A stretch of 64,000 nt of DNA from a phage. The notes under the pieces are model-generated. The model was not told where the DNA came from. It worked only from the letters and a program-made list of their open reading frames with translations, and ran no database searches. Position numbers and translations under genes: made by a program. This document shows, piece after piece, positions 11,184 through 19,977 of the stretch (within the stretch, counting starts at the first letter, position 1; every line of letters begins with the position of its first letter). Location: the NCBI GenBank assembly GCA_036253495.1, contig GCA_036253495.1_4125.1. The stretch is one strand, 5' to 3'.

Positions 11184-11579
11184 TTATAATTTAGATGTTG
11201 TGAATGTCGCCATTCTATTATTACTTCTGGCATCAAACACTATAGTTAGTTGTTCTAATTTATCAAGCATTACATACTCTAAAATTATATCCAAACGATA
11301 ACCATATTCAACATTACTAACTGTTAGATTTTTTAAATTCAAACGTGGGTCTAATGAAATAATTCTACGAGCGTCAGCTTCTAAAAGATTTTTTGTATTA
11401 TAACCATCAAGTTCAAAAATCAAATCCCAAGCAATGAAACCATAATCAGCATCAAATGCTCTTTCACCTTTCTTTGTATTGAAGTGGTTCATCAAATCCT
11501 GTCTCACCAACTCAGCATCATACAGAGTTTGTGTTTTACCCACAACAGGAGTAGAGAAACCTTTAAAAACTATTGCCAT
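11184..11579 (-). CDS. baseplate wedge subunit, gp25/GPW family
   Basis: 131 aa; size and motif pattern (FDADYGFIAWDLIFE...LDPRLNL...GYRLDIILEYV) match the gp25/GPW lysozyme-fold baseplate family. Confidence 0.7.
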   Translation of the reverse strand: MAIVFKGFSTPVVGKTQTLYDAELVRQDLMNHFNTKKGERAFDADYGFIAWDLIFELDGYNTKNLLEADARRIISLDPRLNLKNLTVSNVEYGYRLDIILEYVMLDKLEQLTIVFDARSNNRMATFTTSKL

Positions 11580-11592
11580 AGACTTTCCTCAT

Positions 11593-12081
11593 TTATACGG
11601 ATTCAACAATCCTTGCCATTTTTTCAGCACGAGAAGTTGTTTGACGATACCAAGCGGAATCACGCATTTCTTTGCCAGCGGTTTTATAATCACCACGACC
11701 CAATGCTGCCATTGCTTTCTTAAAGTTCAATACACGAGATTTACCCATTTGGAATACCATCATCCAAAGTACACGTTGTACTTGAATAGGTGCAGTCATT
11801 CCGAATTGATCGTAAATCTCTTTTGCTTCTCTGTATGCATTTAGGGAATCTTTTTGAAGTAATGCTTCAGCTTCAGCTTCCGTTAGCCCTGCACTGAAAT
11901 TTTCACCTTTTAGTACTAAGTGACCATATCCAATGGTATCTAGTCCTAGGCTATCTTTATAAACTCTGAATTTACCATTCTTGAAATAACCTAATTTAGT
12001 TTGGAAAGCAATAGTACCTTCAAACTCTTTAATTTCTTTCAAATACTGTGCATCATCAGGTTTAATTTCCCATTTACTCAT
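11593..12081 (-). CDS. e: T4-type lysozyme (endolysin, GH24)
   Basis: 162 aa; YKDSLGLDTIGYGHL, VFQMGKSRV and SAWYRQTTSRAEKMARIV align to T4 lysozyme motifs (YKDTEGYYTIGIGHL, VFQMGETGV, SRWYNQTPNRAKRVI). Confidence 0.85.
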   Translation of the reverse strand: MSKWEIKPDDAQYLKEIKEFEGTIAFQTKLGYFKNGKFRVYKDSLGLDTIGYGHLVLKGENFSAGLTEAEAEALLQKDSLNAYREAKEIYDQFGMTAPIQVQRVLWMMVFQMGKSRVLNFKKAMAALGRGDYKTAGKEMRDSAWYRQTTSRAEKMARIVESV

Positions 12082-12115
12082 ATACTTCTCCTATAATATT
12101 TATTGGATAAAATAT

Positions 12116-14779
12116 TTATTGACATGCCTCAATTCTACGTGCCATTAACTCTGCACGACGAGTTGTTTGACGATACCAAGCGGAACTACGTATATGAGCA
12201 GCAGCACCACGATAATCACCTTTAGCTAAACATCCAAGCATACCCTTGAATTTTTGAACTTTGTATTTGCCCATTTGGAATACCATTTGACATAGTACTT
12301 GTTGAGCAATAACAGGTGTTTTTAAATCCCAGGCCGCATATATTGATTTGGCATCATTAATTGCTTGCGTACTGTCTCGTACTAATATTGCTTCAGCTTC
12401 TGCTTCAGTTATACCACCAGAAAAATCTTCACCTCCGACAATAAGGTGTCCATATCCAATTGTAGGGAATCCACGGCTATCAATATAACGCCAGAATTTT
12501 CCATTTCTGAAATATCCAAGTGCTGTTTGATATTGGATAGTACCTTCGTGTTCTTTAAGTTCGGATATAAATTGGGAATCACCCGGAGCAACTTTCCATC
12601 CAACGGCAGTTTTATCAACATTACCTACATTATAATTTTGTTCAACTTTTGGAGCGGTTCCTGCATTTCGAGGCTTACGTTCTCTACGACGAGGAACATG
12701 ACGAGAACCACGTTGTGAATAACCAGTTCCAATAGTTCGTATGCGAGTTGATATTACCAATTCATCACTATCAGCAGATGGTCTGACCACATCTTTAGGG
12801 TTATTTTGTGTTGATGGTTGACCACCAATTAATGTTTTATTCGCCGCAGCAGAACCCTGACCAGTTACAGTTGTGTAGAATAATCCAGGATCAACTGAAC
12901 CACTAAAACCATAGATATTAGATGAGCGAACTCTTATTTCAAATCGTAATATACCATTAGCAGTTCCTATTACTTGTCCTTTTTCAACAACATCTTTATT
13001 GAATAGGTCAGAAGTTAAACCATAGAAAACAGATTTATAACCAGATTTATGCTCAACAATAAGAGCATCACCACTGATACCAACAATCCCACCATCTGGT
13101 GCAACCACACTTCCACGGGCTTGAATTTCCCATCCACTACTATCACGCTTGGTTCCATTCTCGGTCGTTACACCCTTACCCCAATAACCATTCTGGCGAA
13201 TAGTACCGCTACATGGCATAAGCATATGCAAACCTTCAAACGTCTGCGAATAACCAGTCATTCCTGGTTCAGCCGCCATTAAATCTTGTGTTTGAACTTC
13301 ACTTGTCTCTGGGGCATAATTTACAAATTGAATTGCTTCTGTTTCTTGTTGCTCTGCAAGTGTAGGTTGAACATCATTTGCTGGTTGTGGCTCAACTGGA
13401 GATGTTGTACTACCTTGACCACCACCACTTATACCAGGATCAACCCTATCACCGTGGTTTTCTGCATCTTTCCAGTTAGCAATCATATGAATGTGGTCAT
13501 TAAGACCCACTGATGGAGTTTTGAAGTCAGGAGCCATGAATGCAGCACTACCACTATTACCTGCACTATCAACCGTTAGGTTTTGACCACCACCACTAAT
13601 GTTAACGGATGAACCACCAATAACGTTTGCTGAGGATGAACCTTTAATAGATGCAGTTGACCCAGCCGTAATATCAGTACTGCTACCACTTTGAAGACGT
13701 AATGAAGCACCAGTAACCAAACGAAGATCAGCACCAGAATTAATTACAACCTGACCATTGACCTTAGCATCCAAATTACCGACCAATTCCAGTTTGGTAT
13801 TTCCACCAACACGAGTATTGAAGTCTTGCCCACTTTCAATATTATAAGAACGACCTGCAACCATGTTAATATCTTGACCTGCACGAATGTTTATGTTTTT
13901 ATCACAGTGCATTTCAATATCACCATCGCCAGTGAATTTAATACGAGCCGTACCATCACGGTTAATTAATAAAACATTACCAGTGGCTTCAGAAATAAGA
14001 AGTTGTGCACCACTACGTGTTTTAATAACAATACCTTCATTCTTTCTGGAACCAACACGAGTGTCATTAACTGGGTTGTTAAATTGTGTGTCTTGGTATC
14101 CATCAGGGTCTTGATCCCATGTTGGCTTGGTCAATTCTTCTTCTGTATATCCATCATCAAGAATAAAACTATTACCACGAGGTGTACTCATACCATATAC
14201 AGTACTGGTTGTTTGACGAGTACTGCTGCGGTTTGCAACACCTGCTTCATCATCGTATAATAAGTTTTGTTTTTTCAATCCTTCAACAGCAGGAACGTTA
14301 ATATATTTGTCTTGCATGTCAGTTGTGATTGTGTTACGATCATAATCAGTTACTGGTAATGGCATATCAGTACCATTGTAATTGGTATCCGCAGTTGCCA
14401 TTCCAGGAACCATTGTATTCATACGTTGGTCATAAACACATCCAATCCAGTAAGCTTGGAATGTACGTGCTTGTGCAAAAATAACAACAACAGTACATCC
14501 CACATCTGGTGGAACGGCCCAAAAACCATAACCCTTTGGATATTGTCCATAACTATCTGCACTCGGTATTCCTGGAGTTTTGCCAGCAAACGGAGCCATA
14601 TAAGAAGCTTCAATCCATGAATCTTTAGAGTTTTTATCACTTTGTGAACCTTGTATCCATACTTTTAGCTTACCAGATTTCGTAGGATCACGGTTATCCA
14701 TAACGGTTGCTAATTGTGGATAAGATGGGTCAAAACGACCCAACTGTTCCTTTGCATACTTTTTACTTGTATCTGCCAT
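12116..14779 (-). CDS. baseplate hub/spike protein (gp5-like) with internal M23-peptidase-like region and C-terminal T4-type lysozyme domain
   Basis: 887 aa; Gly/Ser-rich repetitive central region (beta-helix-like); segment GYWGKGV...HKSGYKSVFYGL...GQVIGTANGILRFEI resembles LytM/M23; C-terminal 150 aa paralogous to the adjacent lysozyme. Confidence 0.7.
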   Translation of the reverse strand: MADTSKKYAKEQLGRFDPSYPQLATVMDNRDPTKSGKLKVWIQGSQSDKNSKDSWIEASYMAPFAGKTPGIPSADSYGQYPKGYGFWAVPPDVGCTVVVIFAQARTFQAYWIGCVYDQRMNTMVPGMATADTNYNGTDMPLPVTDYDRNTITTDMQDKYINVPAVEGLKKQNLLYDDEAGVANRSSTRQTTSTVYGMSTPRGNSFILDDGYTEEELTKPTWDQDPDGYQDTQFNNPVNDTRVGSRKNEGIVIKTRSGAQLLISEATGNVLLINRDGTARIKFTGDGDIEMHCDKNINIRAGQDINMVAGRSYNIESGQDFNTRVGGNTKLELVGNLDAKVNGQVVINSGADLRLVTGASLRLQSGSSTDITAGSTASIKGSSSANVIGGSSVNISGGGQNLTVDSAGNSGSAAFMAPDFKTPSVGLNDHIHMIANWKDAENHGDRVDPGISGGGQGSTTSPVEPQPANDVQPTLAEQQETEAIQFVNYAPETSEVQTQDLMAAEPGMTGYSQTFEGLHMLMPCSGTIRQNGYWGKGVTTENGTKRDSSGWEIQARGSVVAPDGGIVGISGDALIVEHKSGYKSVFYGLTSDLFNKDVVEKGQVIGTANGILRFEIRVRSSNIYGFSGSVDPGLFYTTVTGQGSAAANKTLIGGQPSTQNNPKDVVRPSADSDELVISTRIRTIGTGYSQRGSRHVPRRRERKPRNAGTAPKVEQNYNVGNVDKTAVGWKVAPGDSQFISELKEHEGTIQYQTALGYFRNGKFWRYIDSRGFPTIGYGHLIVGGEDFSGGITEAEAEAILVRDSTQAINDAKSIYAAWDLKTPVIAQQVLCQMVFQMGKYKVQKFKGMLGCLAKGDYRGAAAHIRSSAWYRQTTRRAELMARRIEACQ

Positions 14780-16929
14780 TACTCACCACCTGGGTTTATT
14801 ATACTATCTTTACGTTTAAGTGCACGAGCGACAATAGCACCTTGAATTTGTTGCGTGAAAGTACCGTTTGTACCAAAATCATGAATTATTTTGTTTACGC
14901 GATAGATTGTTTCGTTGAATGTGGTTGGCGTGGTTATGTCCAAAATACCAGTATTATCATTAATAGAAACAACTGGTTGTAATTTCAATAACAAATATGC
15001 TTCAGTTGAAATATAATTTGCATATTTGAAATCCTCTGGATTTATATATAATGCTTCACCATTTACCAACATATCCAAATATTGAAGATATGCATGATCA
15101 CCCCACCCCAACCAATATGGGTCACCAATTACACGCATATCCAACTTACACATAAATGGACGGTTATAATAGTTGTCGCGTATTTTACGTCTGTCCATTT
15201 CATACGTACTACTATTATCGTTATCAGATGCCGATAAAGTTGTATGGTTGTTTGTAGCTTCAGTTGGTATAGTGAATATTTCACCCCTACGATCACCAAT
15301 TCCATCAGCACCCATGTCATTTTCTTCATATACACTACGATAATCTTCAATGTATTCAGGAAGGACATGAACTTTGTAATTCATATAAGCATCTTGTTCT
15401 TCTTGATTACCCACACCCATCGCATTTTTTAATTGCTCATCTACTTCATTTAGTAATGCAGTTTGAGCTTGTGTTATAATTTCCCCTTTACTTCGTGCTT
15501 TTCTTATATCACTAGTCTTATTCCACGCATCTAATGGGTTACTATATTGAACCCCTTGTATGGTTAATTCCTGTGATGCATGTGTACCACTTCTGTTACC
15601 TTGGTCTTGTATTGGACCTGGGTTACGTGTTGTAGCTACATAAAATTGCTGATCGAAATTCATATCCAAATCTAATATTTCATTATTCAATCCACTGAAT
15701 TGATAATTGTATATTTTCATTCTTAACTTTTCTTCATTATCTCTAGGGTCAAGATAACGTTCAGAGTTTTCTAGGAACGTTTCGAAGTTAAAGTTTTCTG
15801 GTTGTAAATCCGATTCATGAACAACATCACCAATTCGAAAACGAACAATATTAAAAATAACTTTATATACTGATGTATTACGTAAATTATCAAAACCAAC
15901 ATATTGTTTAAGTGGGATTATATTAACAAATTGGCGAACGCTAGTACTATCACCTTCACGAACAGTACATGCATCAATAACATCATCAATTATTCTTGAT
16001 ATTGGTGTACTTGGATTCCATGAAAAGTTTTTAGAACCCTGTGAACCATTTTTTGTTGAAGTTACTTCAGTCATTTGTTTAGAATCATAGTTTATGAACA
16101 TATCAGCAAGTTCAGGTGCAACTTTAAATTCAAAAAATTTACCTTCTGCCAGTTCTGGAAATTTCATACACAAATAACCATACTGTTGTTCTGACATTTC
16201 ATTTAACTTATCTTCCAAATCATAACAAAATGCTCCAAATTGTGCAGCAGTACATGAGAATGTTTCTTTTAATGTCCATTCTACGTTATCAACCAATGCA
16301 GCACGATTGTGTACTAAGTTAATGGTATATAACATTGTACTACCAGTTGCACTGGCACTTGCTTTAACGTTGTTAATCTTCACTGACCAACGTTTTGTAG
16401 TGTTTGGTATGACTTGAGGAACACCATCTTCATTATAACCAATGAACTTTAGTTCAAGGATTAATGGTAAATCCATAAATTTATGATAACGAAGTTTATT
16501 ACTTAATGATATCAACTCATCGTAAAAACTCATACTATTGTTTTCTGACATACTTATTGAAGCAGTATTAAATGTATAGTTTGTTGTCATACCAGGAGTT
16601 GAGGGACCAGCTTGCGTCATCTGAACATTTGTGATATTATACTTACCAGTAACGCCACTTTCAGTGATTACATAACGTTGGACTTCAGCATCTGGATTTT
16701 CCCAGAACATCTTAAAGTCATCTTTATCTAAGGCAAACAAGGTAAAGTGCCACGTTGCTGAATTGTATTTTAATAAAACATTTTCATTGTCAATAATAAA
16801 ATCAGAAATCTTTTTATCGTCATAAATTCTATCAGTATGTGTGCTTTGAATTGGTTTTGATTGTACGTTACTTACTTTAGCACCATATTTGTTACTCTGA
16901 CTAGGGTCTAGTCCAATTTTAGTATCCAT
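14779..16929 (-). CDS. baseplate hub-associated protein (possibly gp27-like), function uncertain
   Basis: 716-aa ORF immediately upstream of and overlapping the spike gene start; assignment by synteny only. Confidence 0.3.
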   Translation of the reverse strand: MDTKIGLDPSQSNKYGAKVSNVQSKPIQSTHTDRIYDDKKISDFIIDNENVLLKYNSATWHFTLFALDKDDFKMFWENPDAEVQRYVITESGVTGKYNITNVQMTQAGPSTPGMTTNYTFNTASISMSENNSMSFYDELISLSNKLRYHKFMDLPLILELKFIGYNEDGVPQVIPNTTKRWSVKINNVKASASATGSTMLYTINLVHNRAALVDNVEWTLKETFSCTAAQFGAFCYDLEDKLNEMSEQQYGYLCMKFPELAEGKFFEFKVAPELADMFINYDSKQMTEVTSTKNGSQGSKNFSWNPSTPISRIIDDVIDACTVREGDSTSVRQFVNIIPLKQYVGFDNLRNTSVYKVIFNIVRFRIGDVVHESDLQPENFNFETFLENSERYLDPRDNEEKLRMKIYNYQFSGLNNEILDLDMNFDQQFYVATTRNPGPIQDQGNRSGTHASQELTIQGVQYSNPLDAWNKTSDIRKARSKGEIITQAQTALLNEVDEQLKNAMGVGNQEEQDAYMNYKVHVLPEYIEDYRSVYEENDMGADGIGDRRGEIFTIPTEATNNHTTLSASDNDNSSTYEMDRRKIRDNYYNRPFMCKLDMRVIGDPYWLGWGDHAYLQYLDMLVNGEALYINPEDFKYANYISTEAYLLLKLQPVVSINDNTGILDITTPTTFNETIYRVNKIIHDFGTNGTFTQQIQGAIVARALKRKDSIINPGGE

Positions 16930-16940
16930 GTGTTACTCCA

Positions 16941-17255
16941 TTAACCTACACTGCGTGTACCATTAAGGTATGATTGAATGCGTTGACTTGACGGTACTCT
17001 AATAGTTATTCCAGTTTGAAAGTTGTAAATCGGGTCTTCACCCAATAAATCAGGATTAAGTAAGGCGAATACATAATATAAACGCTCATTACCATACATT
17101 TCATACGCTAAACGCCACGGTTGGTGGTTGTACTTTGCAGGTATTTCATAAAAATCATCAGTATCTGCTGGAATTATGTCACGAGGTAAGGTATAATCCA
17201 AATACCACGTCTGTTTAACTTTTGCATAAGGTGAATATTGACTATAGTTTGACAT
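16941..17255 (-). CDS. small baseplate protein with LysM-like motif
   Basis: 104 aa; YEIPAKY...YGNERLYYVFALLNPDL...GITIRVP resembles a LysM fold signature; located in baseplate operon. Confidence 0.35.
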   Translation of the reverse strand: MSNYSQYSPYAKVKQTWYLDYTLPRDIIPADTDDFYEIPAKYNHQPWRLAYEMYGNERLYYVFALLNPDLLGEDPIYNFQTGITIRVPSSQRIQSYLNGTRSVG

Positions 17256-17986
17256 TAAATGAATCCTCCATTGCGAAGCATATCACCACGCTTAAATGCG
17301 TTAAGATTAAACTTCTTAGTCATAAATTCTGATGTTGGTTGCTCTTCTAATTGAATAGTTACCGATATCTTTTGTGGAACCCACACTTCATCTTGTGGAT
17401 TCATGTACCCAGAACTTCTTAATTGTTCAAAAAATTGTCTACTATCCATATCGGACAAATTAAAAGTACTGTTACTACTATCCAATGGTACTTGAATATA
17501 AGAAACATCATTTGGATAGGTAAAATTATATGATTTCATTACTACAGGAATATCATTATATGTATAACGACCATACCCACTTAGTAATAGGATTGGTGGT
17601 GGTGCACCAGGAACAGCTAAATCGGGGTTATTAGCTGATGCAGCTTTTCTACCAAAATCCATCAATGATACAGAGCGAATAAAATGCATACATGCTAAAG
17701 TGTATAGAGCTTCAGCAGCAGTATTTGCATAAAATTCACCTTGTATCGTGAAAATAGTATTACTTGTATTTTTATAGTTGTTATAGTTACTATTTGAATG
17801 CACAGGAGACTGTGTTTCATACTGAATACTTCTTTGTTCAGTGATTGTTGGCGTTACGGTCCATACCAAACCATTGGTTGGACGCAAAAACGATAGTAGT
17901 GTTGGGTTGGCTCCGTCACCAAAATCCCCATACACATAGTTAGCACCAGCGGCTTTAGGTCTTAGTCGGATTCGACGATCAATCAT
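17255..17986 (-). CDS. baseplate/tail structural protein, unknown
   Basis: Track ORF 17255..18013; start moved to the second ATG (17986), which has GGAG 9 nt upstream, because the first ATG sits only 6 nt from the TATAAATA motif. Confidence 0.4.
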   Translation of the reverse strand: MIDRRIRLRPKAAGANYVYGDFGDGANPTLLSFLRPTNGLVWTVTPTITEQRSIQYETQSPVHSNSNYNNYKNTSNTIFTIQGEFYANTAAEALYTLACMHFIRSVSLMDFGRKAASANNPDLAVPGAPPPILLLSGYGRYTYNDIPVVMKSYNFTYPNDVSYIQVPLDSSNSTFNLSDMDSRQFFEQLRSSGYMNPQDEVWVPQKISVTIQLEEQPTSEFMTKKFNLNAFKRGDMLRNGGFI

Positions 17987-18019
17987 TTGTGTTACTCCAT
18001 TACAAGGAAACATTTGAAG

Positions 18020-18027
18020 TATTTATA
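18020..18027 (-). promoter_or_regulatory. late promoter TATAAATA for minus-strand baseplate operon
   Basis: Exact T4 late-promoter consensus on minus strand about 33 nt upstream of ATG 17986. Confidence 0.5.
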
Positions 18028-18049
18028 GGTGGGACAAAGCTGATTTTAG

Positions 18050-18058
18050 TGCTATAAT
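18050..18058 (+). promoter_or_regulatory. extended -10 promoter (TGcTATAAT) upstream of gp55-like gene
   Basis: TGCTATAAT motif; the same motif recurs upstream of other plus-strand genes in the window. Confidence 0.5.
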
Positions 18059-18110
18059 ATTAGCGATGGCACACGGATTGTGCCTATTGGTCATTACATG
18101 GAGAGTTACA

Positions 18111-18950
18111 ATGATAAACAAGCCGAAGCGTAAGAAGTATCTGAATAACGCAGACTTATTACGTGAAATACATAAAAGTAAGATATCATACTGCTGGCTT
18201 TTGGATAAAAGTTATGGTATGTATGATTATATTGTGTTTCATGAGTCTGAAATCACAGAAGAATTACTTGAAAAGGCAAAAGCAGCACGAATCAAACGTT
18301 TGAATAATGAAATGCTTGATAGTGTTCGCGAAAAAGAGAATATGAGTGCTAAGAAAGCAAAGGAATATGCTGATGAGCACGGTCTATTCGTAAATGATGT
18401 ACCACTGGATGAAGTGGTGATTAGAGTTATCACTGATGAGCACATTCCACCAGATACACGAGTGAATTTTGAACCATTTAAACATTATATCGTTGATAAT
18501 GAAGGTATTCTGTATGAAGTTGTTCGTTCACATTGGAAAGGCGACTTGGAAGATGGCGATTTCTGCTTAACACATGGTAAAATCACAAATGAACTCGGTA
18601 AAATGTTCATTAAACTAGCCGAAGAGATCTCTCACAAATCTAACTACAGAAATTATACGTATTTGGATGAAATGATGGGTGATGCTAGAATACAATTAGT
18701 TAAAAATGCACTTCTCTTTAAAGAGAGTATCTTGTATAAGAAAGATAAACCCGCTGTCCAACTAAATCCTTTCTCATACTATACGTCATTCGTTAACAAT
18801 AGCTTCCGTTCTATTTTGAACAGTGAGAAGAATGTACGTAACATTCGCGACGACCTTCTTGAGATGCATGGTTTTACACCATCACATACAAGACAGATTG
18901 AAATCGAAATGAATATGATTGAAAGGAAAAATGACGATGGCACTATTTGA
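18111..18950 (+). CDS. 55: late sigma factor (T4 gp55-like) with internal extension
   Basis: N-terminus KPKRKKYLNNADLLREI resembles T4 gp55 (KPKYNYVNNKELLQAI) and C-terminal NPFSYYTSFVNNSFRSIL resembles NPHAYITQACFNAFVQRI; start placed at ATG with GGAGAG RBS. Confidence 0.65.
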   Translation: MINKPKRKKYLNNADLLREIHKSKISYCWLLDKSYGMYDYIVFHESEITEELLEKAKAARIKRLNNEMLDSVREKENMSAKKAKEYADEHGLFVNDVPLDEVVIRVITDEHIPPDTRVNFEPFKHYIVDNEGILYEVVRSHWKGDLEDGDFCLTHGKITNELGKMFIKLAEEISHKSNYRNYTYLDEMMGDARIQLVKNALLFKESILYKKDKPAVQLNPFSYYTSFVNNSFRSILNSEKNVRNIRDDLLEMHGFTPSHTRQIEIEMNMIERKNDDGTI

Positions 18951-19968
18951 TAAAGCAATTACATTCACTGATATTCATTTAGGATTAAAGAATAACAGTA
19001 AGCAGCACAACGAAGATTGTTTGAACTTCATTAAATTTATGATTGATGAAGCCAAAAAGAAAGGTATTAAAGTATGTGTGTTTATGGGAGATTACTTCCA
19101 TAACCGCAGCAACATTAATATTCAAACATTAAACTATGGTTTACAAATTCTCCAATTACTAAATGACAACTTTGATAAAGTTTACTTCTTAGTTGGGAAC
19201 CATGACATGTATCATAAAAACAAACGCGATATTACAAGTATTAATATGGCACAAGTTTATGAAAACATCGAGTTCATTAATGAAATTACTACAATCGACG
19301 ATTGTACTTTCATTCCATTTATGATTGAAGATGAATACAAAATGCTACCTAAATTACAAAGCAAATATGTATTTGGTCATCTTGAATTACCTGGATATTT
19401 GCTTAACAAAATGGTAGAAATGCCAGATCATGGCAAAGAGACTGAAGGTTCTTTTGGTGGTTGTGAGTATGTTTTTAGTGGGCATTTCCATAAACGACAA
19501 TCAAAACTCACATCCAAAGGAACTCGTGTCATTTATACTGGTAACTGTTTCCCTCATAACTTCTCAGACACATGGGATGATGCTAGAGGTGTTATGATTC
19601 TTGAACACGGTTCAGAACCAACATTCAAATCATGGGATGCTGCACCGAAATACAGAACATTTACTTTGTCAGAGCTACTAACTGATCCAAGTTATTACTT
19701 ACAAGATAACTCTATCTCGAAAGTTCAGGTTGATATTCCAATCACAACTGATGAGATTAGTTTTATTCGTGATACTTTTACTAAACTTTATAATATTCGT
19801 GAGTTTAACGTTGTTACAAGTAAACAAAGTATCAAAGAACTTTTGGAAGAAGGTGAACACTTTGAAAGTACTGAATCAGTTGATGAGATAGTTTTACAAC
19901 AAATCATGGAAATTGATTCTCCAATGTTCGACAAGAATCTACTAATACAAATCTATAGATCATTATAA
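18937..19968 (+). CDS. 47: Mre11/SbcD-like recombination nuclease (T4 gp47-like)
   Basis: Metallophosphoesterase motifs (DIHLG, GDYFH, GNHDM, GHFH); adjacent to Rad50-like gene; track start 18919 is a TTG, so ATG 18931 or 18937 is the more likely start. Confidence 0.85.
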   Translation: MALFDKAITFTDIHLGLKNNSKQHNEDCLNFIKFMIDEAKKKGIKVCVFMGDYFHNRSNINIQTLNYGLQILQLLNDNFDKVYFLVGNHDMYHKNKRDITSINMAQVYENIEFINEITTIDDCTFIPFMIEDEYKMLPKLQSKYVFGHLELPGYLLNKMVEMPDHGKETEGSFGGCEYVFSGHFHKRQSKLTSKGTRVIYTGNCFPHNFSDTWDDARGVMILEHGSEPTFKSWDAAPKYRTFTLSELLTDPSYYLQDNSISKVQVDIPITTDEISFIRDTFTKLYNIREFNVVTSKQSIKELLEEGEHFESTESVDEIVLQQIMEIDSPMFDKNLLIQIYRSL

Positions 19969-19977
19969 GGGACACGG

